NCBI GenBank assembly: GCA_022843095.1
Contig: JALHOH010000002.1
Coordinates: 1-32,000, forward strand
Direction of reading: 5' to 3'
DNA from: Candidatus Saccharimonadota bacterium
GTDB lineage: Bacteria > Patescibacteriota > Patescibacteriia > 2-12-FULL-60-25
Length of the DNA: 32,000 nucleotides
Shown here: positions 7,146 to 15,534 of the stretch, piece after piece
Layout of the letters: each line of letters opens with the position of its first letter
Position numbering within the stretch: position 1 is the first letter of the stretch
The notes under the pieces: generated by a model
Databases searched by the model: none
What the model was told of the DNA's origin: nothing
Seen by the model: only the letters and a program-made list of their open reading frames with translations
Made by a program: the position numbers and the translations under genes

Positions 7146-8429
7146 ATGCTGACCATCGCCGAGACGACCGAAGGCGCACTCGTGCGGATCGCAGAGATCG
7201 CGGCCATCGTTCCCGCCCACGTCCGGCCTCGCGTGCGGTGCGTCCTTTGCGAGCATGCACTCGTGCCAAAGCTCGGCACAAAGCTCCGCCACCACTTCGC
7301 TCATCTCCCCGGCTCCAGCTGTCCGGCTGCTGGTGGCGAAGGTGAGGTCCATCTCGCCGCCAAGCTCCACATGACGCTTCTGCTCCGCGAGCTCATCGCC
7401 GCCCGACTGCACCTTCCGGCGCCAAGCGCGTGCGGTTTGTGCGGCGAACCGTACACGCAGGCGCTCCTCACATTCGAGAGCACGGATCAGGTTCAGATCG
7501 AACGCTCTGTCGGCAGCCGTCGTCCCGATCTCATCGTGCGTCGTGGAGATCGCGTGATCGCCGCGATCGAAATCGTCGTGAGCAACCCCTGCACCGACGA
7601 ACGATGGGCAGACCTCCTCTCGACGAATGCGGTTGTCGTCGAGGTACGTGGCGAAGATGTTCTCGCATTGCCGGACACGCAAACGTGGCTGGACGACCCC
7701 ATCGAATACTCGCGCGTGAGCCTCCTCCAGCAAGATCCTGCGTGCCCAAGCTGTCTCGCCGCGCTGGACGAAGAGCACCGTCGCCCACGAGCGGAAGCCA
7801 TCACGCGCTGTGCACTCGACGTGCGCTTTCCAGACGGCCGTCGCACACAGGATACCTTCGAGGTGTGGCGCGAATGGGACGGAACACGTTGGGTACGCGC
7901 GTTCATCCAGAGCGCGTTGCGCGGTCGGCTTTGGGAACTCGAAGGTACCTGCGACGACATCGAGGAGCTTCGCGTCCGCGGGCGGGAAGTGTTTCGCTCG
8001 TATCGAGCAGAGCTTGTGCGCGGCGCAGCAGCGTACAGTTGCGACACGTTTGCTGAAGATGCGCTGCCGGGCACGATTCTCGCGGAGCTTGCGTCGTCGT
8101 GGTGGTGGCAACCTGCGCGCACGCGGTGGGTGCAGGTCTACTCGTTCCAGGAGGCCGCCGCGCGACTGCAGATCCGGCGAACCACGTTCGGGCGCTGGGT
8201 GAAGGAGCGACGCGTTCGAGCGATCTACGTTCGGCGCGATCGCGATGCCCAGGAAGACACGCGCTGCTTCGATGCCGAGGATATCGACGAGCGCACGCGT
8301 CGGCTCGAGAATTGGCGAAGAACCGCGCCGACACTCACGAGCCAGCAGTTTTTCGCGCTGCGCGTAAGGAACACCATGGACGCAATCCGCGCAGGAGAGG
8401 CAGTCTGGGACGAAGAGCGCTCTGGTTGA
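7146..8429 (+). CDS. CoiA-like PD-(D/E)xK nuclease-fold protein with a C-terminal MerR/excisionase-type HTH
   Basis: The N-terminus reads CVLCEHALVPKLGTKLRHHFAH...C...GEGEVHLAAKLHM...IERSVGSRRPDLIVRRGDRVIAAIEIVVSNP. This matches the Zn-ribbon, HFAH, E..H..K and RRPD...E.xxS layout of the CoiA family. The C-terminal YSFQEAAARLQIRRTTFGRWVKERRVRA is HTH-like. The ORF is open from 6909, but that extension is Arg-rich and overlaps cap15, so ATG 7146 is preferred. Confidence 0.65.
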   Translation: MLTIAETTEGALVRIAEIAAIVPAHVRPRVRCVLCEHALVPKLGTKLRHHFAHLPGSSCPAAGGEGEVHLAAKLHMTLLLRELIAARLHLPAPSACGLCGEPYTQALLTFESTDQVQIERSVGSRRPDLIVRRGDRVIAAIEIVVSNPCTDERWADLLSTNAVVVEVRGEDVLALPDTQTWLDDPIEYSRVSLLQQDPACPSCLAALDEEHRRPRAEAITRCALDVRFPDGRRTQDTFEVWREWDGTRWVRAFIQSALRGRLWELEGTCDDIEELRVRGREVFRSYRAELVRGAAAYSCDTFAEDALPGTILAELASSWWWQPARTRWVQVYSFQEAAARLQIRRTTFGRWVKERRVRAIYVRRDRDAQEDTRCFDAEDIDERTRRLENWRRTAPTLTSQQFFALRVRNTMDAIRAGEAVWDEERSG

Positions 8430-8455
8430 TGGACAGAGACCGCTCACTCGCTGGT

Positions 8456-8812
8456 TCAGCGGTGTACGCCGCAGAAGCCGTAGTTTCCGGGAAGTGCGGA
8501 GTGCATACACGGTGAGCCATTCTGCAATGCGCTCTTGCACCGCGCGCCAACGCGTCCGCCACCACCGCCCGCGCGCTCGTTTCGAGGTGGAAGTCGCCCG
8601 GTCTTCCGCTCATAGCTCTCGATCAAGCGCTTCTCTTCCTTGAACGCGGCGGACTCCGAGCTGTGCACTTGGTAGTCGAAGTGTGTGAAGTGGCTGTACC
8701 CACGCGCACGAAGATACTGCTTGATCGCTTCGGGACTGCCCTCTGAAACTGTGCCTTTGCCGATGCGGACGATCCTATTCGCGCGAAACAATCGATACGA
8801 CACAAACGCCAT
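8456..8812 (-). CDS. GIY-YIG-like nuclease domain protein with a Cys/His-rich tail
   Basis: MAFVSYRLFRANRIVRIGKGT...YLRARGYSHF...EEKRLIESYERKTGRLPPRNE follows the GIY...YIG...R...E...N spacing. The tail is CKSALQNGSPCMHSALPGNYGFCGVHR. Start chosen at the internal Met (codon 19 of ORF 8456..8866). Confidence 0.5.
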   Translation of the reverse strand: MAFVSYRLFRANRIVRIGKGTVSEGSPEAIKQYLRARGYSHFTHFDYQVHSSESAAFKEEKRLIESYERKTGRLPPRNERAGGGGGRVGARCKSALQNGSPCMHSALPGNYGFCGVHR

Positions 8813-8919
8813 GGGTCGCTCCAGTTGATGGGGGGATGAACATTTTCCGTGTGTCGCGAGATACACAAGCGCAACCCCCCGAGTCGAAGCGGCCAGCTCA
8901 TCCCGGCCTCACGCCGCTT

Positions 8920-8939
8920 CGCCCAAGTTCCCTTCGACG
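8920..8939. repeat. left arm of a perfect 20-bp inverted repeat (CGCCCAAGTTCCCTTCGACG)
   Basis: Its reverse complement CGTCGAAGGGAACTTGGGCG occurs at 9984..10003. The two arms bracket the catalytic core of the tyrosine recombinase gene. Confidence 0.9.
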
Positions 8940-9012
8940 AAGCGCACGGCTCCTGTCGCCCTCGTCAACGGCCTCGCCCGCCAGGTACCCTGCGTGGTGA
9001 ACCGTCGCGCAT

Positions 9013-10113
9013 ATGCGTGAACACCTCGACGACTTTCGCCGCTTTCTCTCCGCCAGAAACCACGCCCCACGAACCCAATCCACGTACGCACGGATCGTGG
9101 AGACGTTCTTCGCGTTCCGCGATCTGCCTGTGAAAACAGAGCCAAGTCTCGCAGACGTCGAAGCCTTCCTCGTACGCCCAAAGCAGACCGGCGCCGTGCG
9201 AGCCCCGCGAGCCCGAAACCTCGACCTTGCCGCATTGCGCGTGTTTTTCCGCTTCGCCGTAGAGCACGGCCTCCTCGCGCGGGACCCCACGAAAGGCATC
9301 CGGCTCTTGCGTGAGCCCGCACACGAGCCCGCTGTTCCAACGCTCGGAGAGATCCGCGCGATGTTCTCCGCGGCAGCCCAAGAGCCGGACCCCGTCGCGC
9401 GGAGCCGCAGCATCGCGCTCCTCGCGGTTTTGTCGCAGACCGCACTGCGTGTGCACGAGGTGGTTGGGCTCGACGTCTCGCAACTCGAGCCGGTCAGCGC
9501 GTCGCTCCTCGACGTGCACGGGAAAGGCGCGACCCGCCACAGCGTCGCGCTGAACCCCGATGCCCTCGCGTTGCTCACAGCGTGGGTCGAGACCCGCAGC
9601 GCGATCGCCAAAGCAGGGGAGACCGCGCTCTTCGTCGGGCTGCAGACGGGCACGCGGCTCTCGGTCCGCGCCGTGCAGCACGTGATCGCAGTCCTGCGCG
9701 CAAAGGCAGGCATCACGCGCAAAGTGAGCCCGCACAGCTTCCGTCACGCAGCCGCGACACACATGCTGACCGCCGGCGCCGACGTAGCGGTTGTCGCGGG
9801 CGCGCTCAGACACGCCTCCGTCACGACGACCATGCAGTACCTGCACCTCGTGGACACGCACCGCAGGCGCGCGATCGCGACGCTTGCCGCCGCAATTCCA
9901 CCAGAGCTGCGCGCGTCATCCGCCGAAGCCTCCGTCCCACCGACGCGCGAACAGCCAGTCACTTTCCGGCCCGAACGGACTTGCGTCGAAGGGAACTTGG
10001 GCGCAACGTCGAGCGGTCCATTCGGGCTGGTTTTCCCCACGCAGATGTCGCGTTCGGCGAGGTCTGCGTGTCCCGCGATCGCCGCGCGCTGCGCCACTTC
10101 GAGCTGCGCGTAG
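9013..10113 (+). CDS. tyrosine site-specific recombinase (XerC/XerD / phage-integrase family)
   Basis: The N-terminal SAM-like core-binding region reads FRRFLSARNHAPRTQSTYARIVETFF. The catalytic region reads ALRVHEVVGLDV...GKGATRH...HSFRHAAATHMLTAGADVAVVAGALRHASVTTTMQYLHL, giving the R..H-x-x-R..H..Y signature. About 65 extra C-terminal codons run through the right IR arm. Confidence 0.88.
   Translation: MREHLDDFRRFLSARNHAPRTQSTYARIVETFFAFRDLPVKTEPSLADVEAFLVRPKQTGAVRAPRARNLDLAALRVFFRFAVEHGLLARDPTKGIRLLREPAHEPAVPTLGEIRAMFSAAAQEPDPVARSRSIALLAVLSQTALRVHEVVGLDVSQLEPVSASLLDVHGKGATRHSVALNPDALALLTAWVETRSAIAKAGETALFVGLQTGTRLSVRAVQHVIAVLRAKAGITRKVSPHSFRHAAATHMLTAGADVAVVAGALRHASVTTTMQYLHLVDTHRRRAIATLAAAIPPELRASSAEASVPPTREQPVTFRPERTCVEGNLGATSSGPFGLVFPTQMSRSARSACPAIAARCATSSCA
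9984..10003. repeat. right arm of the perfect 20-bp inverted repeat
   Basis: CGTCGAAGGGAACTTGGGCG is the exact reverse complement of 8920..8939. Confidence 0.9.
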
Positions 10114-10156
10114 CTGAGCGAGGAGGACCGAGCCCCTCAACCGCAGGAGTCCCTCC

Positions 10157-11554
10157 GTGTCGCGCTTAGCTCTGCTCGTTGTGTTGTTCGTCTTCGGCTG
10201 TACGTCGCCGCCGCCTCCTGGACCCGATGGAGGCGGCCGAGACGGTGCCGTCGCGGTGATGGATGGCGCGGTCGTGGATGGCAGCGCCGTCGGCTGCGCC
10301 TCTGCGGCGGAGTGCGACGACGGCATCGATTGCACGGTCGATCGCTGCGATCTTGGCCGCTGCGTCCACCCTGTGGTCGCGGCACGCTGCACCGGCGGCG
10401 CGTATTGTGACCCACGGCGCGGTTGTGTGATGGGGCGCGTGTGCGGAGGCGATAGCGACTGCGCCGACATGGATCCTTGCACGCGAATGGAGCGCTGTGA
10501 CGCGTCCTCACGAACGTGTCGCTCCGAGCCGCTCGACGGGGACCAGGACGGATACCCGCCACTGGTTTGCGGGGGCTCGGACTGCGACGACGCTGATCCG
10601 CTCGTGCACCCGGCAGCGTCCGAACGCTGCAATGTGCGCGACGACAACTGCGACGGCCGCGTCGACGACGGCGTTCAGATGTGTGGCTCCTCGTGTCTCC
10701 CCGAGACGGGCAACGGTGGCTGCGGGCTCGGCTGTGATCGCGCGGTGCTCTGCTACGACTTCCTCGGCTACCGGAGCTCGATCAACGTGCCGAACGGCGC
10801 AGACTGCGTCGCGGGAGCTTGCCGTTGCGCCGCAGGAAGCGGGGCGCGCTGCGACACTACAATCGAGTACCTGGGCAGCAGTCAGTCCGGGGATCTCCGC
10901 ATCACGGGCGTTACCGCGTGCAACGTGGACTTCATGACGAACCCGTTCTTCTGCGGGAACTGCACGACAAACTGCACGCGCATGTTCGGCCGGGACGGCG
11001 TCTGCGAAGCGGGGATGTGCCGTTGTCCAGCGGATCGCCCCACGCTGTGTGGGACGGCGATGAGTCCGATCTGCGTCAATACGCAGAACGACACCCGTAA
11101 CTGCGGGCGCTGCGGAAACGCCTGCGGCGCCGGGCAGCACTGCGTTGCGGGCATGTGCTCCGACTGCATGACGGCCGGCGAGATCTACTGCCCTGGCCCT
11201 GGCTGCGTGAACCCGCAGACCAACCCGTTCAACTGCGGGCGCTGCGGAAGTGTGTGCCCGAGCGGCGTGAGCTGCGTGAGCGGGCGTTGCGCGTGCCCAG
11301 CGGGCACAGAGCTTTGCGGTGGGACGTGCATCAGCGTTTCGGACGACCCAATGAACTGCGGCGGCTGTGGGCGGCGCTGCGGCTGCGGCGAAGGCTGCGC
11401 GGCAGGCGCGTGTACGCCGTCTCCGAGCTGCTCCGGCGGAACCACGATCTGCGCTGGCGCGACGGTCTGCCCGTTCAACTCGAACCAGCACTGCGGCCGC
11501 TGCGGGAACGCGTGCGGGGTGGGTCAGTCCTGCTGCCGGGGGACGTGCGTGTGA
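10157..11554 (+). CDS. secreted Cys-rich lipoprotein with a MopE-like metal-binding motif and NCGxCGxxC repeats
   Basis: The signal peptide carries a lipobox (LLVVLFVFGC). DQDGYPPLVCGGSDCDDADPLVHPAASERCNVRDDNCDGRVDDG matches the putative metal-binding motif common in Myxococcota. There are at least 5 repeats of N/FxCGxCGxxCxxGxxCxxGxC. The antisense 10508..11614 ORF is an Ala/Arg shadow. Confidence 0.8.
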   Translation: MSRLALLVVLFVFGCTSPPPPGPDGGGRDGAVAVMDGAVVDGSAVGCASAAECDDGIDCTVDRCDLGRCVHPVVAARCTGGAYCDPRRGCVMGRVCGGDSDCADMDPCTRMERCDASSRTCRSEPLDGDQDGYPPLVCGGSDCDDADPLVHPAASERCNVRDDNCDGRVDDGVQMCGSSCLPETGNGGCGLGCDRAVLCYDFLGYRSSINVPNGADCVAGACRCAAGSGARCDTTIEYLGSSQSGDLRITGVTACNVDFMTNPFFCGNCTTNCTRMFGRDGVCEAGMCRCPADRPTLCGTAMSPICVNTQNDTRNCGRCGNACGAGQHCVAGMCSDCMTAGEIYCPGPGCVNPQTNPFNCGRCGSVCPSGVSCVSGRCACPAGTELCGGTCISVSDDPMNCGGCGRRCGCGEGCAAGACTPSPSCSGGTTICAGATVCPFNSNQHCGRCGNACGVGQSCCRGTCV

Positions 11555-11696
11555 GGTGTGAGGTTCGCGAGGACCGCGCTGCATACCCGTCGCTCGGTTC
11601 GTCGTGAGGGCCACTTCACCGCTGAAAGACCTAAGGTATTCACGGCTCCGTCCGCCTTGACGGCTGTGCTCGCAGGCGGTTCGCTGGTGTCAGAAT

Positions 11697-11972
11697 ATGA
11701 CAGTATTGAACAAGAGCCAGGAGATTGTGCTTGCCTCGCTCGCGCAGCTCGCAGTCGTGCGGCGACAGGGAGGCGCTGATACGTTCGGGCCTCGCAGCCG
11801 TGAACTCTTCGAGCGTCTCGAAGCCGTGTTCCGCGGCGCGGGCGTCGACCTCGAGCCGCTCCTCGACGGCATCCTTGCCTCGCAGGAGGTGGAACCGCCC
11901 TCGCTCAGCGCCGCGCAGATCGGCGAGCTCGTCCAGGCGATCCAAGCCTCGGGGATCGCGACGAACCTGTAG
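11697..11972 (+). CDS. small hypothetical protein (91 aa)
   Basis: G/C at the third codon position is clearly enriched in this frame and the composition is helix-like. Competing minus-strand ORFs look like shadows. No SD sequence seen. Confidence 0.5.
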   Translation: MTVLNKSQEIVLASLAQLAVVRRQGGADTFGPRSRELFERLEAVFRGAGVDLEPLLDGILASQEVEPPSLSAAQIGELVQAIQASGIATNL

Positions 11973-12320
11973 CGACTCAACTTACGTCTCGGTCCCATGC
12001 GAAACAGTCGGTAAAGAGGGCGCGAACCTCGATCCATCCCGGAGCTCCAGCAGAAACACGCATGAACTGCGCAAAAAGGCAGTTATCTAGAGCCGCCGAG
12101 TTGCATGACGATATATGGCTATGGCACTATGCGAATAGTGATGTTATGCGCTTCGTCCGCTATGCGCGGTGGACAGAATCGCGTATCGTTGTGCCCTTTT
12201 CAAAGGAATCGCTGGAATCTTACATCATACTACTTGTGCTTGCTCGGTTCGTTCCTACGAATCAAGCGAACACTATCGCCCTCTAGGTTGTGACCGACTG
12301 AAGAACAAGGAGAAGCTCAA

Positions 12321-12509
12321 ATGTCAGGTCGACCTCCTATCATTTTCAAACGCGAATCGCTGGTGAGCATGATGCAGCCGAAGCAGCCAGAAGCTGCCAA
12401 GGCCCCATCTTCGCCATGTTCACCAACTAACCCGATCGCGGCTCCGAGCAGCACGCTGGTGTCGCCAGTGATTCCATCCGCGGGAGATCCTCCTTCCGAC
12501 TCGAAGTGA
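12321..12509 (+). CDS. small protein sORF-A (62 aa), paralog of 17834..18025
   Basis: AAGGAG sits 8 nt upstream of the ATG. The N-terminal 20 aa (MSGRPPIIFKRESLVSMMQP) are 15/20 identical to sORF-B, with 9 synonymous codon differences among the conserved residues. The shared C-terminal pattern is VSP..P.SA..P.SDSK. Confidence 0.75.
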   Translation: MSGRPPIIFKRESLVSMMQPKQPEAAKAPSSPCSPTNPIAAPSSTLVSPVIPSAGDPPSDSK

Positions 12510-12554
12510 CGTTAGCTCTTCTCAAGCTACTCCTTCGAGTTTTATTGTTGGGGG
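12499..12554 (+). promoter_or_regulatory. conserved hairpin plus U-tract plus G-rich SD-like box between sORF-A and the CHAT gene (putative attenuator/terminator)
   Basis: ACTCGAAG (12499..12506, the last codons of sORF-A) pairs with CTTCGAGT (12533..12540) across a 26-nt loop. TTTATTGTTGGGGG follows. The same architecture and loop length occur after sORF-B. Confidence 0.5.
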
Positions 12555-12561
12555 TGCATCC

Positions 12562-14520
12562 GTGAGCAAGAGTGGGCCAGGTCAGCGTGGGCAGCAGCGC
12601 AAGCGGTCGAAACGCAGCGAATTTCGCAAGCAAGCAAAGGGGGTGCGGGTAGACTTAAGTCGAGTGCTGAGCATTCGAACCGCAAACGAGCTCGTCGAGA
12701 TGTTTCGAGCGTTCAGTTGCGCGTGTGGCTCGGCGGATGGTCTCCTCGACTCGTTTGAGCGATACCGCACGGAGTTTTTGGCGCGGCTTCGAGTTCCTCA
12801 CGGAGAGCGCCAGCACAAGCTCGACGCAGACATCCTGCTTATTGACAGTTCCGGGCAGTTGCAGCAGGCAGGAACGACGCGTCCCGAGTATGACCTATAT
12901 CTGCCCAATCTTCGGCTGAGGTTCACCGACGGCGTCATCGATGAGCCCCAAAACGGCGAGGGGCTCGCGCCGTACGTCGTTTGGGCGAATTCGGTACGCC
13001 GGGTCGGTGTGGGCGTCGTACGAGAAGTGAACGCGGTGGCTCGAAACGCTGAGTTTTGGAAAGAGCGTCGGAGCGAACGTGGCGAGATAGACTACGAAAG
13101 CGAGTCTGTCGGAGATCGCTATAAACCGCCCCCCAGCAATCGCACGCCGCCTTATCAGACAATTTTGAGTGCCCCCATTGCCATCCTGAAGACGAACACC
13201 GCGAACGATCCGTTGCAACGTGATGCTCTCGAGTTCGAGTGCATTGGAGTGTTGAATATTACGCACGATGAGTCTGTGCGGTTTTCTGTGTCGGACTGTC
13301 ACTGGGCTCAAACCTGTGCAGGACTGCTGGGTGTCATGCACGACTTGCTGCGAATCGCGCTCGCGCGACTTGGCTCGACGGGGGACTGTAACGACCTGTT
13401 GCTTCGCCGAATGCGGAAGCCTCAATCAAGCACGACGGAATCGCGTCTCCCCTCAAGGTCCACCCCAACCATAAGGGTATCCCCAATGAAGATTCTCTTT
13501 CTGTCGGCCAATCCTATCGATGCACTTCAGCCACTGGATCTCGAACAGGAGCTTCGGCAAGTGCAAGGCGTTCTTGAGGGAGTGAGATATCGGGATCGTA
13601 TCAGCGTGATCCATCAACCCGCAGCGACTTCCGACGACGTCGTGAAAGCAATGCGCGCACATGCTCCATCGGTAGTGCACTTTAGTGGGCACGGCAGTAA
13701 AAGCGGAATCGCCCTGCGTGCGGAAAATGGGAAACCGTTTCAATCCGTCAGCGCAGAGGCGCTTGCGTTTCTGTTCGAAGATCGTGGAGTGCAGCTTGTT
13801 GTCTTCAACTCTTGCTACTCTGTCGCACAGACGATGAAACTGTCGGCAGTTGTAGGGGCCACCATTGGTACAACGTCTGCGGTTGCCGACTCAGCGGCCT
13901 TGAACTTTTCGAGAGCATTCTACAGAACAATCGGCGATGGGTATTCTGTGAAGGACGCTCTACGAGATGGCCAATCTGCAGTAATACTAGGTGCCGATGC
14001 AAACGTATTCCACTCCCACGGCAATCTCGAGCAACGGTTGGTTAGCGATTCTTCCCTTGACCAGCGGCCGATCGATCTCCGCGGTGAGGTGAGAGGTCGA
14101 GAAACGCTTGAAACCACGGAAGATCTCGAGTTGCGGGATGCTCAGTCAAGGATCTCGTCAATTTCGCAAACACCCGTTCCTCCTTCACCTAGATTCAAAA
14201 TTCCGGTCGGTACCGCGCTCATCGTCACTACGCCAGTCATCTTCACGCGGCAAGAAACTCTTGAAGAATACGTGCGTCGAGTGGGATTGACAAATTTCCC
14301 TCAACTGGGTGCACGAGAGATTCCGTTGACGGGTCCTCCAGCGATCGTGCGGAGGTGCGATGCGTCTCTCCTGGAGTTGGCAGTGACAACGCCGGCTGGA
14401 CTGCTAACCGTTGACGTTCCTCAAGATCGAATTGACGCGTTCTCCCCAGATGCAAACCCGCGAACGCTTCGACTTAAGGGCCGCATGGTGCTATCTGCTG
14501 AGCGGGCGTTCGTCGAGTAA
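12562..14520 (+). CDS. CHAT-domain (caspase-like) protease with an unknown ~290-aa N-terminal region and a ~150-aa beta-rich C-terminal region
   Basis: The central region reads MKILFLSANPIDALQPLDLEQELRQV...APSVVHFSGHGSKSGIAL...VQLVVFNSCYSVAQ...ATIGTTSAVADSAALNFSRAFYRTIGDGYSV. This is the canonical CHAT layout with the His (HFSGHG) and Cys (NSCYS) dyad. GTG start lies 7 nt after GGGGGTG. Confidence 0.85.
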   Translation: MSKSGPGQRGQQRKRSKRSEFRKQAKGVRVDLSRVLSIRTANELVEMFRAFSCACGSADGLLDSFERYRTEFLARLRVPHGERQHKLDADILLIDSSGQLQQAGTTRPEYDLYLPNLRLRFTDGVIDEPQNGEGLAPYVVWANSVRRVGVGVVREVNAVARNAEFWKERRSERGEIDYESESVGDRYKPPPSNRTPPYQTILSAPIAILKTNTANDPLQRDALEFECIGVLNITHDESVRFSVSDCHWAQTCAGLLGVMHDLLRIALARLGSTGDCNDLLLRRMRKPQSSTTESRLPSRSTPTIRVSPMKILFLSANPIDALQPLDLEQELRQVQGVLEGVRYRDRISVIHQPAATSDDVVKAMRAHAPSVVHFSGHGSKSGIALRAENGKPFQSVSAEALAFLFEDRGVQLVVFNSCYSVAQTMKLSAVVGATIGTTSAVADSAALNFSRAFYRTIGDGYSVKDALRDGQSAVILGADANVFHSHGNLEQRLVSDSSLDQRPIDLRGEVRGRETLETTEDLELRDAQSRISSISQTPVPPSPRFKIPVGTALIVTTPVIFTRQETLEEYVRRVGLTNFPQLGAREIPLTGPPAIVRRCDASLLELAVTTPAGLLTVDVPQDRIDAFSPDANPRTLRLKGRMVLSAERAFVE

Positions 14521-14607
14521 TACTCCGCCGAAGGGGGACGGTTTTCCGTTTTGTCCGTCCGTTATCCCCGGTTCTGTACCCAATACCACACGGCGTTCAA
14601 GCGGCTC

Positions 14608-14651
14608 TACCAATACAAAAATCTCCCAACCGGGAGGTTTTTGTATTGGTA
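14608..14651. terminator. strong hairpin (20-bp stem with one G-U pair, 4-nt loop), A-run and U-run arms, potentially a bidirectional terminator
   Basis: TACCAATACAAAAATCTCCC-aacc-GGGAGGTTTTTGTATTGGTA, about 90 nt downstream of the CHAT gene stop. Confidence 0.7.
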
Positions 14652-15027
14652 TTTCATGAAGGAATCGAAGGGTATCGAGGCGAGCCAATGATTTGGCTGG
14701 ACGAGAACCCCGGCTGCGGATGAGTGCCGAGGTAGTTGCTGATTCCCCGAGGCACGAGGGAGCAGGATTCCCCTTGGGGCTGCCATGTTGAAGACCGCGC
14801 TATTCCAGTCGAAACCATCCATCATACTCTGCTGCAACCATTGACAAATTCATCGATTTTAGGTATGTTGCTATATCGGATATCCGGTAGTCGAAGGGGG
14901 TGCTGGGGAGCGTTCGCGTGATCTCTTCCAATGGGAGGCCGCGCGAAAGCTCCCCAGGACCGCGTGAAGTTTCTCGAATGGTCGAGTAAACTGACGCTAT
15001 TCCCCTAGGGCTGCGACAGGTGTTTCG

Positions 15028-15450
15028 ATGAACGCAACTGATCGTTCGATCTACCTCGGTGACCCGTCCTCCGATCCGCCCCCTGTGTGGCGCGAGGACG
15101 CGCCTGACGCGTTCAAGTGGCCGGAAGGAGCCGTGTTCGCGGTTGTCTTCGTCCGGCCGGACCCCGTGACCTTCTGGTGGAACTCCCACTACGGCGACGT
15201 TGCGTCGTTCACAGAGTTCTTTGGCGAAGACGGTTGGCCGGTCGCGTTTCCGGCCGACAAGCGGGACCTCGCTGAACGACTCCGACGCGAACTGCAAGCG
15301 GCCATCCACGATTGGAGAGGATGGGAGCAGCACGAGTGGGAAAGCGTCCGAAATCACCCGCACTTGTGTGGACGCTTTCGGAAGCTCAAGCACGTGCTGA
15401 CGGGACTCGCTGAACACACGAGTGCGCTCGCCAATGCCGCAACTCGCTAA
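15028..15450 (+). CDS. hypothetical protein (140 aa), Trp/acidic-rich
   Basis: Protein-like composition and AGGTG 5 nt upstream of the ATG. Followed by a 10-bp-stem hairpin. The overlapping 14800..15519(-) ORF looks like a shadow frame. Confidence 0.55.
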   Translation: MNATDRSIYLGDPSSDPPPVWREDAPDAFKWPEGAVFAVVFVRPDPVTFWWNSHYGDVASFTEFFGEDGWPVAFPADKRDLAERLRRELQAAIHDWRGWEQHEWESVRNHPHLCGRFRKLKHVLTGLAEHTSALANAATR

Positions 15451-15477
15451 CCTACTACACTCGCAAACCAACCAACT

Positions 15478-15509
15478 ACACCCCGTCTTCGATACTGAGG
15501 ACGGGGTGT
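15478..15509 (+). terminator. hairpin ACACCCCGTC-12nt-GACGGGGTGT after the 140-aa ORF
   Basis: Perfect 10-bp stem read directly. The trailing U-tract is weak. Confidence 0.45.
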
Positions 15510-15534
15510 TCACTTTCACAAAGCGCAGAAACCG

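Noticed and set aside
7005-8540. 511-aa ORF antisense to the CoiA-like gene
   Set aside because: Arg-rich shadow frame. The plus-strand frame carries recognisable CoiA and HTH motifs.
8898-9861. 274-aa and 298-aa ORFs antisense to the recombinase
   Set aside because: Shadow frames. The plus strand carries the complete tyrosine recombinase signature.
10508-11614. 368-aa ORF antisense to the Cys-rich lipoprotein
   Set aside because: Ala/Arg-rich shadow. The plus frame has a signal peptide and regular Cys repeats.
14800-15519. 239-aa minus-strand ORF
   Set aside because: Composition looks non-protein-like (Ser/Arg/Val-rich with no motif). The opposite 140-aa ORF has an SD and a terminator hairpin.
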